The notes beneath the pieces are model-generated. The model searched no databases and was not told where the DNA came from. It saw only the letters and a list, made by a program, of their open reading frames with translations. DNA of 64,000 bases from Podarcis cretensis (Eukaryota), in contig OX638150.1 of the NCBI GenBank assembly GCA_951804945.1, forward strand, positions 94,364,001 through 94,428,000. Reading direction: 5' to 3'. Shown here piece by piece: positions 50,241-63,625 of this stretch (position 1 is its first letter; every line of letters starts with the position of its first letter). A program made the translations under genes and the position numbers.

Positions 50241-52145
50241 TACATCAGCCATGATGAAAATATTTCCATGTGACTGAGCCCAAGGCGGACTCTTTTGCTG
50301 CAGTATTATGTCCAGTAGCTTAGGAAGCAGCACATACAAGGTGAGCAGTAACCTGAAATTTGGTAGGTCACAGTGGTTCTCTCTAGACCCAACACTGTGA
50401 GGTTGAAAAGGGGCAAAGTATGATGGCATAAATGAGGGATATACAAAGTTCAGACTTCTTTTTTTAATAAGAACCCCAGGATGTACCAACCAAAGTCAGG
50501 TGCTTAAGACATACAGGTAGAATTAAACAGCAGGGTACCTCTAACACATTCTGAGTTTAAGAATTTGTTTTTTGTGCAAAAACTGAACCAAAGTAAACAG
50601 TCCTTTCACGTAAAATTTAGGTGGGGAAAGAAGTTCTGGTAATATTGAATTTTAGGGCAGTTATTGTATGACTAAAAATCATTGGACTTGATGGCAGCCC
50701 AACATGCTATACATGATTAATTTCTAGCGGTTTTTCAATTTTATGGAGCTAAAGTGCCATAGTATGTCACACAGATCTTCTTTGCCATGTTCAGGGGTCC
50801 ACAATCAGAGGATTTTCTAGTATGTCCATGAAAACTGTCATTCACTGTCATTGCTGACCCGCCTTGTGTACTGAACGAAGTGGGGACCGGAACAAAGGCA
50901 TTTTGGAGTTGTATCAGGGACACGTTGGGGGACATTTTGTATCCACCATATCTAAACTGCTCTCATTCCTCGGACATGCCCACAGAATTGGGAGAGGGGA
51001 TATGCTAGCCCTAGAGAACCCCACTTCTCCCCCTGGAGTCAACAGAAGAGATAATCTTTAAAGAGAAAGGGAAAAGTAAAAGTGTTACCTTCTAACTAGG
51101 GTCGGCTACTGTAGGCCTAACAGGGCTTAAGAGGCAGTTGCTATTCCATCTCTGTAATAGATATAATCATAGGTGCCACATGGATTCAATGAAACCCATC
51201 GTCTACTTGGACAATAATATTTTGTCAATGGTGTGGCAGATATCGACAATTGGGAAAATAAGCAGAATCTCTGTCAGCAGTCCCTGAACAAGAGATGTTT
51301 TAGTCAGACAATAAGGACATTACTTTAGGGCAGCACACTGAGTGATTGACAGATGACTGTGTTAAAGGATGTAATGGATTGGTTATTACAGGGCAGGTTG
51401 TAGAAACAGGTCTTATGCAAGTGTGTACTTGAGTCACAAGGTGAAGTCCTTGGTGATTATTGGCTTGCTGGAGGAAAAGCTGCAAAAGCAGGTTCATGAG
51501 TTTAAGATTTCCATCTCTTGCCCCCTCTAGAGTCCTGCAGACCCTCTGCGCTCAAATGATCAGAAACTTAAATCCTAGATCTCATAAAAATTGTTCTGAC
51601 AAAAGAAAGGGAGAATTGAGTATACTTCTTACATTTCCAGTCCAGTGGATTTGATTCTCAAAGTTCATATGGATATTAGCATTCCTAGGCTGATAAAATC
51701 ATTTTAGGTTTAAACAATAAGATATTATGAGCAAACTCTCCTCTGTTTACCTTAGATTCTGACCCCTAAATAATTATTCAACCTAAGTGAATAATCAGGC
51801 AGTGATCACATTTTTCCACATAAAGGAATGCAAATTTACCCTTATATAATCTAATGTAGGCAAGGAAATACTTGATCAACCCATCTGTTAAAAATCAGCT
51901 ACCAAAGGATTTTATTTTATTTTAAAATCACGTTAAACCTATTGTATGCTATTTAACTTTTCCCAGTAAGTCACTTTCTTAGACATTGTGCCCTACCACC
52001 ATGTTGTACGTATATTGTAATTTTACTTGCTGCAAGTAAATACCGTTGGGAGAACTTTGATTTTATTCTGATCTGTAATCTTGTTGCTTTCAAACATTTC
52101 CAAGCATTGTTTGTTAAGGCGAGCAAAGAATGTAATGTTCCCTGC

Positions 52146-52688
52146 TGTATACACAGGTGGCATTATGTTCCAAACACACCTCGACCAATGAGGACGAGTG
52201 AAGGGATTTTTAGTTCTTTATTGGCAAAGCACTGCTAACATGCAAGTGAGATAAGATGACACATCCTGCTAAATAGCTGTCTGGGCAATCTCTGGTTGCA
52301 GACCTGTGCAGTGACCCAGACAATTACAGCAACAGCATAACCCCCCTTTCTTAAACCCCCTTGTCTGACGCGCAATGGCAGCTCTAACTGTTCCTGTAGC
52401 TTCAAGCCCCTCTTTGAGCTTGGAGACAATAGAGGAGGGGACCTGGGGATTCCAAAGATACAACTCTCTCTAGGAGTACCACAGGCTCTCCAGACTCCTT
52501 CTCCTTTGTCTCTGGCTGCCCGGTCTCCTACTCCCGATTTCCTTCTTCCACCACCACTGGCAGCTACCTCAGGGGGAGCATAGAACTCCACAAATCATTG
52601 GCCCCTTCACCTTGGATCATCCTCCTTCCCACCTGCCTCCTCTGTCCACGCATCCCCCCACTCCTCGGGTTCCTGTTTATCTCTGACA
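52146..52688 (-). mobile_element. Possible Gypsy-type solo LTR; left boundary uncertain
   Basis: Minus strand begins TGTCAGAG, is purine-rich and higher in GC, with AATAAA at 52217-52222. No clear TSD. Confidence 0.45.
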
Positions 52689-52701
52689 TATGATCACTTC
52701 T

Positions 52702-53203
52702 TTGTTGTTGTTTAGTCGTTTAGTCATGTCCGACTCTTTGTGACCCCATGGACCAGAGCACGCCAGGCACTCCTGTCTCCCACTGCCTCCCGCAGTTTGG
52801 ATAAACTCATGATGGTAGATTCGAGAACACTGTCCAACCATCTCTGTCGTCCCCTTCTCCTTGTGGCCTCTATCTTTCCCAACATCAGGGACTTTTCCAG
52901 GGAGTCTTCTCTTCTCATGAGGTGGCCAAAGTACTGGAGCCTCAGCTTCACAATCTGTCCTTCCAGTGAGCACTCAGGGCTGATTTCCTTCAGAATGGAG
53001 AGGTTTGATCTTCTTGCAGTCCATGGGACTCTCAAGAGTCTCCTCCAGCACCATAATTCAAAAGCATCAATTCTTTGGCGATCAGCCTTCTTTATGGTCC
53101 AGCTCTCACTTCCATACATCACTACTGGAAAAACCATAGCTTTAACAATATGGACCTTTGTTGGCAAGGTGATGTCTCTGCTTTTTAAGATGCTGTCTAG
53201 GTT
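52702..53203 (-). mobile_element. BovB (RTE) LINE 3' fragment
   Basis: Translates to NLDSILKSRDITLPTKV..VKAMVFPVVMYGSESWTIKKAD..RIDAFELWCWRRLLRVPW; (CAA)n tail. Confidence 0.95.
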
Positions 53204-55751
53204 TCTTACAGAGGCAAAAAGTACCAATTGTCTGCAACTGACTATTATTATTATTATTATCATCATCATTATTATTAGTGTTAAAAATCTTACACAACTG
53301 CCCACTCAGTTTGCAGCACCTAATTGTACATTCTCCTAAACTGTGCAGAGAGCTTTCATGAGCAGAGAAGTCTCCCAGGTTTTCAGACCTCCACTCAATA
53401 AACCGAATAAAGGTGATGCACTTTGGGGCAAGGCTAACTTGGCCACTTCCCCCTCACATTTGTTTACATGCAATTACAGCAAATGTCCAAACACAATCTA
53501 TGCATCCTTTGTAACCACATGAGCCATAATGAAATATTTATATAGTTAACTAATTTAGCAATGTAAAGTGCTGTTCTTAGAATTCTACCATCAGACTCTC
53601 TCCAGCACCCTTGAACCCAGCTGCCTCCCCTAGGTTGCCCAACCCATCTGTAAAGTCATGTGAATTAAGACAATGGCAGCCAGTAGTTCTGACCCCTTGC
53701 CTAATACAGCTTCAGTGTGACATATTATTGCCAAGAAGCAAATGGCTAATCTCAGCCGAAATGCTCTGAACATACTGGCTCCTACATTATCTACATAGAA
53801 TTCCGAACACAGATTTGCACTTTTCTAAGCATATGCTAAAATGGACCAGAAGGCCAGATATATGTGCGCTGAAATACCACTTTTGCAATCTTTATTAAAT
53901 AAAGCCATAAAGCATTTTTAAACAGCAATTTTTTTCAAAGCATTTCCATTAGCAAGGAACATGGTTTTTCTCCCCGCACATGAGAATTAGAAATGATAAA
54001 CCCAACAACTACTTCTATTTTGTAAAGCTAAATTTTCCTAATATTTAATTTATAAATAAATTCCCAGATGGATTAGTAATAAATGTTTGAAGGCGGCAGA
54101 CAGGAATACAAGGAAGTATAATGTTTGCTGGTTACTAGGAGGCCTCATTAAAAAGGCATCAAGTGAAAGAAAAATAAAAACAACCCTGTGAACTTTTGTA
54201 ATTGGTCTCAAGGGAAATGTAACTTTAAGGACATCAATGTGGTCTCAGCTTGATCAAATATCCCAAAACTGAAAAGCAACATTCTATAGCATTTCAGTGT
54301 CACTTCTTGCTATGTCAGTTATTTTTAGGGTTTTTTTATTTCCCAGTGTGAGCCCCTGCACAGCTATAAACCAGTTTCTAAACAAGAAGCATACAATTAG
54401 GATTTTGCTTTGAAATAAAGCAGAGGTAGGCTAACTTCAGAGTTGCAGAATCTGTTTTGCTTGTTACTAGTACCCTGAGATATGCCTACTAGAATCAATG
54501 CTAATTATTAAAGAATTCTGAGCACAGAAACTTATTTTGAGTTCCAGAACTCAATTCGCACTTCACACAAAAAACCTACTCCAGTTTTCTTTCTTCTAGT
54601 ATGGAAAGTTGTTTTGTTACTGCCACAGTTTATCAGTTGGGAACCAGAAATTATTGCTGATCAGTTTCCACATCCCCCTGAAACCTACCAGTAAATCTCA
54701 ATTGACCTTCTCCCCATCCCTAAAGCAAAGAACATTAGGTTCCTTTTCTTTTAATTACTTAGTTATCTAACAATGTTATCAGAGGCCATATTTGAATTCA
54801 ACAAGCTTTTGACAAAGACAAATGATTAATTAGGGTAAGTGTAAATTAAAACAAATGTTTTATCAAAACCTCCTCTGCAATCTATTGTTTCAGCACTTAT
54901 GTAGAGCTATGCAAGTATGCAGCTTATGAGTTTTTGATTGTTAAAACAGAACTACATATAGCACTCTGGCAAAATATGGGTTACAGCGATCAAAGCAATC
55001 GTGTTCAAGCAAGGAATTCCACTTCTGCAACATCACCTCCTCTTCCTCTTCTCCCACTCAGAGCATAACTGAGATGCACATTGGGTACATGGAGAAAGGA
55101 AGGGGAGAAGTTCCCACAGCAGAAGTGGAAGTGATTGAAACCACTCTGTTGGATATAACCCTATATGTATATCCAAGCTACAATGCCCAATGTTTTGACA
55201 TCAAGTAGAATGGAGCAGGTACTTTACTTCACTCCAAGAAGTGCCATCAATTATTTCAGGAGTGGTTTCCAAGAGTGAATCTATTAAACATAATCTTTTG
55301 CTTCTTTTATATGAAGCTGTTGCCAGACTGAATGGAGTGATTATTCCCCACCCACCCTGCAATACACTAATTGTACTATGGTTATCAACAAGTAAAGTGC
55401 TTTCAGGAAAATGCGTAGTCATTTGTGAGAATGTGCAGCTACTATGAGTACTGTATCCTTCTTCGCCAGGAGCTTTACAAAGCTGCTATAGCCAGTTACA
55501 ATACTCCTTGGCCAGGAATAGTGTAGCACTGGTGGAACTGTAGGGGCTATAGGGAAGGCAGGGACTGGCTACAACTCAGCTGCCAGTACTGGACATGACC
55601 ATGTCAGCAGAGCAGAACACTTTGTGGCTTAATCAACTTTTAACAATTAAGGCTGCAATCCTTTACTCACAGAGCTAGAAGTAAGACCCATTGAACTAAG
55701 TGATGTTTATTTCTCAAAAGACATGTATAGGACCATACTATAATATATATA

Positions 55752-56652
55752 TGCCTGTTGCCTTTGTCCATGGAGTTTTCTTGGCAGGGATACTGGAGTG
55801 GCTTGCCGGTTCCTGCTCCAGGTGGATCACGTTTGGTCAAAACTCTCCACTATGACCTGTCCATCTTGGGTGGCCCTGCACGGCATAGCTCATAGCTTCT
55901 CTGAGTTATTCAAGCCCCTTCGCCACGGCAAGGCAGTGATCCATGAAGGGGAAAGGCGATGGCAAACCTAGACAGTATCTTAAAAAGCAGAGACATCACC
56001 TTGCCAACAAAGGTCCATATACAGTGGTGCCTCGCAAGACGAAATTAATCCATTCCGCGAGTCTCTTCGTCTTGCGGTGTTTTCGTCTTGCGAAGCAAGC
56101 CCATAGGGAAATTCGTCTTGCGAAGCGCCTCGAAAAACGGAAAACCCTTTCGTCTAGCGAGTTTTTCGTCTTGCGAGGCATTCGTCTTGCGGGGCACCAC
56201 TGTAGTTAAAGCCATGGTTTTCCCAGTAGTGATGTATGGAAGTGAGAGCTGGACCATAAAGAAGGCTGATCGCCGAAGAATTGATGCTTTTGAATTATGG
56301 TGCTGGAGGAGACTCTTGAGAGTCCCATGGACTGCAAGAAGATCAAACCTCTCCATTCTTAAGGAAATCAGCCCTGAGTGCTCACTGGAAGGACAGATTG
56401 TGAAGCTGAGGCTCCAGTACTTTGGCCACCTCATGAGAAGAGAAGACTCCCTGGAAAAGACCCTGATGTTGGGAAAGATAGAGGGCACAAGGAGAAGGGG
56501 ACGACAGAGGACGAGATGGTTGGACAGTGTTCTCGAAGCTACAAACTTGAGTCTGACCAAACTGCGGGAGGCAGTGGAAGACAGAAGTGCCTGGCGTGCT
56601 CTGGTCCATGGGGTCATGAAGAGTCGGACACGACTAAACGACAACAACAACA
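55752..56652 (+). mobile_element. Internally deleted (bipartite) BovB element: 5' head fused to 3' end, with a MITE inside
   Basis: About 200 bp of BovB 5'-type sequence (GTCCATGGAGTTTTCTTGGCAGGGATACTGGAGTGG...GATCCATGAAGGGG) joins directly to GCGATGGCAAACCTAGACAG of the ORF 3' end. (CAA)n tail; near-TSD TAATATATATA / TAATTTATATA. Confidence 0.85.
56022..56202. mobile_element. Tigger-like MITE family B, 181 bp, nested in BovB
   Basis: TA-CAGTGGTGCCTCGCAAGACGAA...TTCGTCTTGCGGGGCACCACTG-TA; BovB frame resumes after it. Confidence 0.93.
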
Positions 56653-57185
56653 ATAATTTATATAGTAATTGGGAATAACTGGACATGGAACAACTTTTTA
56701 ATACTCTCTCCAATGACGGTTAACCAGTCAGAAAAATTGACAGCTGCCCAAATGACTTCCTTGGGTTGCTCCCTGCTTGCCTGTTATTAAATGTAAACAC
56801 AGATGCCACTTGCTAGCCCCCCACCAAATATAGCCTTCCACTTCATACTGAACAGACTGCGAAATTCATACTTAAATCCAGCAAGTCCCAAGGGCTCTTT
56901 TCAGATACTTCTGGTCTTCCCAGAAGACTCGTGAAACTTGATTAAGCTAAAAACTGCATTTCATTTTCCAGTTTTATTTTGCATTTAAATGTAGAAAGTT
57001 ACAGCTGGAAAATAACCATTCATTTTCCTATGCACTTCTACTCTAGCAGTGAACATTTACATAACATTCTCAGATGCTTTAAGTCTATATTTCTCCATGT
57101 TTTGGGCAAAAAAAGGCTGTTATACTTATGGTGAAAAGTATTTCTGGATTCCGTAAAAGCTGCAGCCAGATTGGGTTTAGGTTCA

Positions 57186-57199
57186 GCGCCACCTGGCAG
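57186..57199 (-). promoter_or_regulatory. Candidate CTCF site
   Basis: Minus strand CTGCCAGGTGGCGC, close to the CTCF core CCRSYAGRKGGCRS; motif match only. Confidence 0.4.
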
Positions 57200-60100
57200 T
57201 CAATAGGCAACATTTCAAGCTTGCAAAAATAAATAAATAATTCAAACAGGAAGCTGCTGTCTTGGCACTTCCCAGCTTCTTCCTCCCTCAGTTTTTAGAT
57301 AACAAGCCAGAAAGCGAGGAGATTTGGTACTACTATAGCATGGGAGGTGCCTTTTAACAGAAAAATGTTGCCTAAAAGATTCACAGACTCCCTGGTAAGG
57401 AAGATAGAAAAGTATGATTGAGGAACTATCAGAAAAGGCACACAAGAGTGGAGGTACCACAGAATAAACACAGAATAAAGAGTTGCTGATGGCCTGGGTG
57501 GGCTCTGGTGGCAGCTTTTATGGGATCTAGAAATACCTTTCATGGAAAGTATAATGGCCTTTTCTGGAGACTCAGTAAAAGCTGCAGCCAGATTAGGATG
57601 TACAAAAGCCTACTGAGCCATGAAGGGTGGGACAAATAGGAAGTTGTTGCTTAGGTGGTTGGAAGGACATACTGTAAACCTCCAGTGAGGTGAGAGTGTG
57701 TGGCTCTGCCAATCTCTTCTGGAGGGGCATTAAGGGAGAAGGCCGCAGGGGTGGCCGTGGGCCTGGTCGAGTGAATCTTGATTCCAGTAGGTAGAGGGAA
57801 ACATAAGCCAACGAGATAGATCCTTTTAGCCATCTAGCTTGGGTAGATGATGAGACTCTTTTCCCCATCAAGGGAGAAAGAAAGGAGGTAGAGGCTGGTC
57901 CGACATATGGATGGTGTACAATGGATGTAGACCTCCCATGTTCACCAAGCATCAAGGGACTGTCATGTCTACTGATGGATGCACCCTTAGCCTTTTTTTT
58001 TTCTGCTGAAGACTGTCAGCTGAAGATATTTTGCCCCATGACACAAATAGCAGCTTGAGGACAGGGCTTATTTCATTCAAGGACGCTGCAAGTGTAAAGA
58101 GCTGTCTCCCTTTTTTCCACCTTAATACCAGTTGGCCACCCGCATGGCTGCTCTCTTTTTTGGTAACATTATGGAAAACTTGTTAGGAAAAATTCTGTAT
58201 CTTGTCATACCCACTTTTCCTAGGAACTGCCATCTCTCATTTTAAGAGATAGATCTTGTGTGACCTTTGAATTAATACTGACAGAATATCCATCTAGACA
58301 GAAGCATCTCCTATTTTGTTCAGCTGGATATATAAATTTAGTTGCCATCCAAGCTTCTGTTATTGTTTTTTGTCTTTCTAAGACTGCAACTGGTTTTAGA
58401 AAGCCACATAAACTCAGCCTGACTGACTCTTGGAACTCAAGACTTGGGTGCCTGTTTTTATACCCGTTCATGCTTGACTGGGATCCTTGCCCAGGCGAAT
58501 CTTGCCATAGCTGTGGAACAACTATTCTTCCAGCCTTCTTTTGGATTCCCTTTGACTTAAGAGCCACAGTTTCCCCACCTCTTTGACATGGTTTTGGGCT
58601 GATTTATCTCTCTTTTTCCCTTTCCAGCTTCCACCACCCCATTCCCTTCTTTCCTCCCAAATGCTCCAAGTACCACCACACAGCTGTTCTTGCAGTGATT
58701 GCTGGGTTTGCTTCTCTTTGCTCTCCCTCATCTGTTTCCAACACCCCTTCTTTATGAGACAAGCCTTCAGCAAGTTGCATGGAAAGTTGCATTTTATTTT
58801 TATTCCTCAATAAAGCTGTAAAAAAAAAAGCTCTCATTTCTGACTGTGTCCCAGACACAAGGACACTCATAGAGGTAGCTCTGCTCATAGACTGTACAGC
58901 TCTCAATAGCTAGTACTTGAGATGCTTGTGTAATATTTCCAGAATCAGAGGCTGTATGACTCTTAACACCACCTTCCCTGGAGATCACAAGCAGGAAAGC
59001 ACTACTGCACTCATGTCCTGCTTGTGAGCTTTCTATAGATATCTGGTTGGTCACTGTGAAGAATAATGCTGGACTGATCCAGTAGGGCTCTTCTTATGCT
59101 CTTCGCTAGTTTTCATTGCAAGTGCTGATCTAAGATAAACGCAAGCAAGATTTTTTAGCTTCTCAGCCTTTCAGACTGAGAAGAATTGCTTGCTATTTCA
59201 TAAGGTCAAATAAATCACTTCTTACAAAAATTATTGCAAGTGCTCACTAAATTGGATTCAGATCAGCCTTATTTAGGCAGAATCATAGGAATAAATTAGT
59301 TTCCCCTCTGAAGTTAATGTTATTGAACCATTGTTACTAGCAACCTCATCACCTATTTCTATTTCCATTCCCAGGAAAATTGTACACAGTGGGAAAACAC
59401 TTTCTCATAAAGGCCAAACTAGATATTACATGGAGGGAAGGACAGAGGGAGAAAGAAAATGTCTAAATATTTATTTAATAAAAGTGTCAGGAGTATTCTA
59501 TCTTCGAAACATGATGTCCTCAAAACCTCAATGCTCCAATGAGCAAATTAAAGAGGAACATGTGGTTCTTTGCTTACTGTGTGTAGGGCAGTGCAAGTGC
59601 CATTAGCTTTTCAAAACTCTGCAACTAAACGGGTGATAAGAGTTCAGATGGAGAAAACACTGCTGAAAGCTGACAAGTTGCTCTTCCACTTTACTATGGT
59701 TGCCACGTATGTCAGTCTCTTTTAGCAACAGGCCTTGAAATAAAATGCTGTCAAGGTGCAGGTGTGGTTACAACCAGCTGACATGTCAAAGACCTCATTT
59801 CCAGCTGCTTCACTCTTATTAGATTACAGTCAAGCAGATGTTCATTACTCCAACAGAAGCTCTAACACCTTATAGAGTTATAGCTTCATTTCTCTCCAAA
59901 GGGATGGTAGGAAAGAGGTGAAAAGCCTACCACCATTTTATATGCTTAAAAAAAGAAGTATTTTTAGGATTAAAATTTTAACTCTCCTGGTATTTCTGAG
60001 GCACTGCTTGTGACTGGTTTTCTGTTAAGCTAAACAAAACTGTCACGCATTATGCACTATATCTGCTTAGGCATGATGAAGGAACAATATAAGAAATCTA

Positions 60101-61215
60101 TACTGTGCCAAAATATCTTAAAATATTTTATCAAAAGTAATGTTAATCAATAATTGAAATATAAACCCTGTAGTTGTCGAAAAGACCACTCAGTGTTGTT
60201 ATGCACCTAAAATATACACCTAAACCTTAGGCGCTATGCAGATCTGCACATATTGCTTGCTGACAATTTTATCAAATGTATGTCTACGTTTTCCTTGTGA
60301 ATGCAATCACTATACAATTTATTACAATTTGCAGTTTTATAATACAAATTTGAGATATTTCTGTCTGTGATTAGAAAAAGAGAAGGCAATAAAATGGGAT
60401 TTTAGCTAATTATCCCCACTGTAAGCTTAATTTTGGTTTGCATGTGTCGAGTTTATTGGAGGCCTCATAACTTTTAACAGTTCTTATTGCAAACCTTACC
60501 TTACGCACCACCTTTCTGGGAACAACTATGATATGCTTTTATCAGCAGGTACTGCAATCCTAGATCACAAATATTCCCTCTGCATAACCACATAAATTGT
60601 CTCTCTGCTTCCTTGTCTTGAAATGGCTTGAGACAGTGCTGGCTTATGCTGGTAATGACATGCAAATTACATTACTCATTAAGTGCCTGGAGGCCCAAAT
60701 CTGTAAATTTGAAAGCCACCAAGTGAGGAGCCCAACATAAGGAAAGACATTGAGCAACTCTATGACCCCAATGCCGAGATCTTCCAGCATATGCATGAGA
60801 GGTGCTCATGTACATACTGTTTTACCAAAGGATCACCTCTGCTGAATACATGGTCAGCACTGCTCACCTGTTGAAACAGAAGGAGAAAGTAGGCAACCCA
60901 TCCATCTCCCGGGGGAAGGTGCACTTGCTATCCATTTTGTGAAGCACACACACCAAGAATACTGTACAAAGAGTTTCCCCGCTTCTTGCCTTATAGCATC
61001 ATGTATCATACACAGGCTCTGCATCTGGAAAGTCAATATCCATGTTCAAGCTCCACATTTAGTTCTCCCATGCTGGGTGGATAATGTGCCTACTTCTTAA
61101 GTTTGTGCAAGGATGTTGAAGATAAGATTAATTAGTAAGTTTAATAGTGCTTGCCCCAAGGGAAATGGACACTGGAATGCAAACTTCAAGTTCCATCACT
61201 TTGGTGGCTATAACC

Positions 61216-61545
61216 CATGGGTAGGCAAACTAAGGCCCAGGGGCTGGATCCAGCCCAATCTCCTTCTAAATCCAGCCCGCGGACGATCAGGGAATCAGTG
61301 CATTTTTAAATGAGTAGAATGTGTCCTTTTATTTAAAATGCATCTCTGGGTTATTTGTGGGGCCTGCCTGGTGTTTTTACATGCATAGAATGTGTGCTTT
61401 TATTTAAAATGCATCTCTGGATTATTTGTGGGGCATAGGAATTCGTTCATTTCCCCCTCCCCCCCCCCGAAAAAAATAGTCTGCCCCCCACAAGATCTGG
61501 GGGACAGTGGACCGGTCCCCTGCTGAAAAAGTTTGCTGACCCCTG
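61216..61545. mobile_element. hAT-Charlie-like MITE with internal duplication
   Basis: CATGGGTAGGCAAACT...AGTTTGCTGACCCCTG ends; TAGAATGTGT...TTTTATTTAAAATGCATCTCTGG.TTATTTGTGGGGC occurs twice. Confidence 0.8.
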
Positions 61546-62333
61546 TTAACCTGTAGCCTTCTAGATGCTGCTGATCAGCAACTCTCATCTTCCCTGATCA
61601 TTAGCCAAGCTGGCTGGGGCTGATGGGTTGTAGTTTAGCAACTTCAAAAAGGTCTAGATTCAAGATGGTTGGAGTTGCTAGGAAATCTATTTTTAAAGAC
61701 TGATGGCACCAGGTTACACCTATAACACTCTGACGCTGTGCTATAATGTTGTTGCTGTTATTTGTTGCACTTGCTGTTGTTTAAAAAAACACCCTGAAAG
61801 CAACTTACAAAATATTTTAACATGCAAAACTGAAATTAAATAAACTTTAAAACATGTCTGTAATGTAACCCAAAGTGAGTAGTATGTCATCAGTATGCTA
61901 CAAACTGCTTGCTGACAATCCACCAAGACAATATGCAAAACTGTTTTTCTTTCGTGTCTTCTCCATGACTGTCTCAAGCACGAAAGACATTTTGAAACAA
62001 GCAACTCAGTAACCACAGAAACGTTTATTTCAGCACAGAACATGATGCATTATAATATTTATATTCTGTCAAAAGTGACAGAAACTAATAAGAACAAATG
62101 TTCTTGGCTTGCTCAGTTTTAAATGTATTTTGTAAAACATTTCAAGGACTTTCATTCTGACTTTTTTGAAGAATTTGACAGCATTTGTGACTAGCTATCT
62201 AAGACCCAAAGAAAAAGTAGTAAATCCCCCACTCCCCGCCCCTGGTTATTTCACCCCACTTCACTGAAAAGCTGAAGAGGAAATGGGATACTTAAAGTGA
62301 ACTAGTTTATATTTAAGAATAATCATAGCATCT

Positions 62334-62600
62334 TAGAATTGTAGAGTTGGAAGGGGACCCCAAGGATAATTTAATCCAACCTCCTGCAACGCGGGAATCA
62401 CAGATAAACAATCCCTGACAGATTTCCATCCAAGTTCTGTTTGAAAACCTCCAATGAAGGGGAGTCCACTGGCTTCTGAGATACTGTCAAACAGCTCTTA
62501 CCATCAGAACATTTCTTGTCGTTTGAATTGGGTCCTACCCTCTAGAGCAACAAGGAACAATATTGCCTCTATCTTCCATATGACAGCCCTTCAGAAATGT
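62334..62600 (-). mobile_element. CR1 3' fragment, degraded
   Basis: TAGAATTGTAGAGTTGGAAGGGGACC...AAAACCTCCAATGAAGGGGAGTCCAC...AACAGCTCTTAC. Confidence 0.75.
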
Positions 62601-63226
62601 TGAATTCCTTCCGAAGTTTTTAAGTCTAAATAATACAAACTTTCTTAAATTTACTATGATATCCCCTTATTTTCTATTTTCCAAACTGAAAAAGAAAGAA
62701 AATCTGCTAAAGGGTATAATTATATTTGCCAAGTTATACCTAATGTCTGAGATCTCCTGCTCTGTTCTTCTGGCACATTTGGCCTTACTATCACCCTCCC
62801 TTTCAGAAGCTTTCTGCCCTAAGAATCAGAGTTGCTACAGAGTTACACACACATACCATAAGCGAAAGGGGCTGCCATAAGGAAATACTGCATCCCATGT
62901 ATGAATTGACGTTGCTGCTTTTTTGCATGCACACAGTCAAATTTGGATTCCAGTCAATGCATTTTATGCTCTCAATGTAATAAAATTACTTTAGGTTGCT
63001 AAGGAAGTAAGTTCATTCTCATATATTTTAATTTTCTCAAAATGTCTATTTTTCAAATATATATATCTGTAAAAATATCATCCTAAAAGTTTAAATGTTT
63101 TCTAGAAATGCTACATCTTTTACTTGTTAATCATGGCGAATGGAAATATTGTTTATGCATTTTTGCAGCAGCATTATCGCACAGAAGAGTCTCCTGAGGG
63201 TTAAACAAAATATAAACAAAATATGA

Positions 63227-63229
<3 letters not shown>

Positions 63230-63272
<43 letters not shown>

Positions 63273-63625
63273 TTTATTTATACCCCGCCCATCTGGCTGG
63301 GTTTCCCCAGCTACTCTGGGCAGCTTCCAACAAAATATTAAAATACAATGGTCTGTTAAACATTAAAAGAGGGCTGCCTTCAGATGTCTTCTAAAAGTCT
63401 GGTAGTTGTTTTTCTCTTTGACATCTGGTGGGATGGTGTTCCACAGGGCAGGTGCCACTACCGAGAAGGCCCTCTGCCTGGTTCCCTGTAACTTGGCTTC
63501 TCACAGTGAGGGAACTGCCAGAAGGCCCTCGGCGCTGGACCTCAGTGTCTGGGCAGAACGATGGGGGTGGAGACGCTCCCTCAGGTATACTGGACTGAGG
63601 CCATTTAGGGCTTTAAACACTTTGA
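63230..63625 (-). mobile_element. L2-like LINE 3' end with (TAA)n tail
   Basis: TATACCCCGCCCATCTGGCTGGGTTTCCCCAG...; translates to FKALNGLSPVYLRERL...LRSS; a shorter relative lies near 38060-38150. Confidence 0.85.

Noticed and set aside
56022-56202. CRISPR-like short repeats (TTCGTCTTGCG)
   Set aside because: These are internal repeats of a TA-flanked MITE with irregular spacing, in eukaryotic DNA with no cas genes.
57593-59054. Cluster of 76-120 aa ORFs
   Set aside because: No recognisable domains or splice support; they overlap on both strands as expected by chance.
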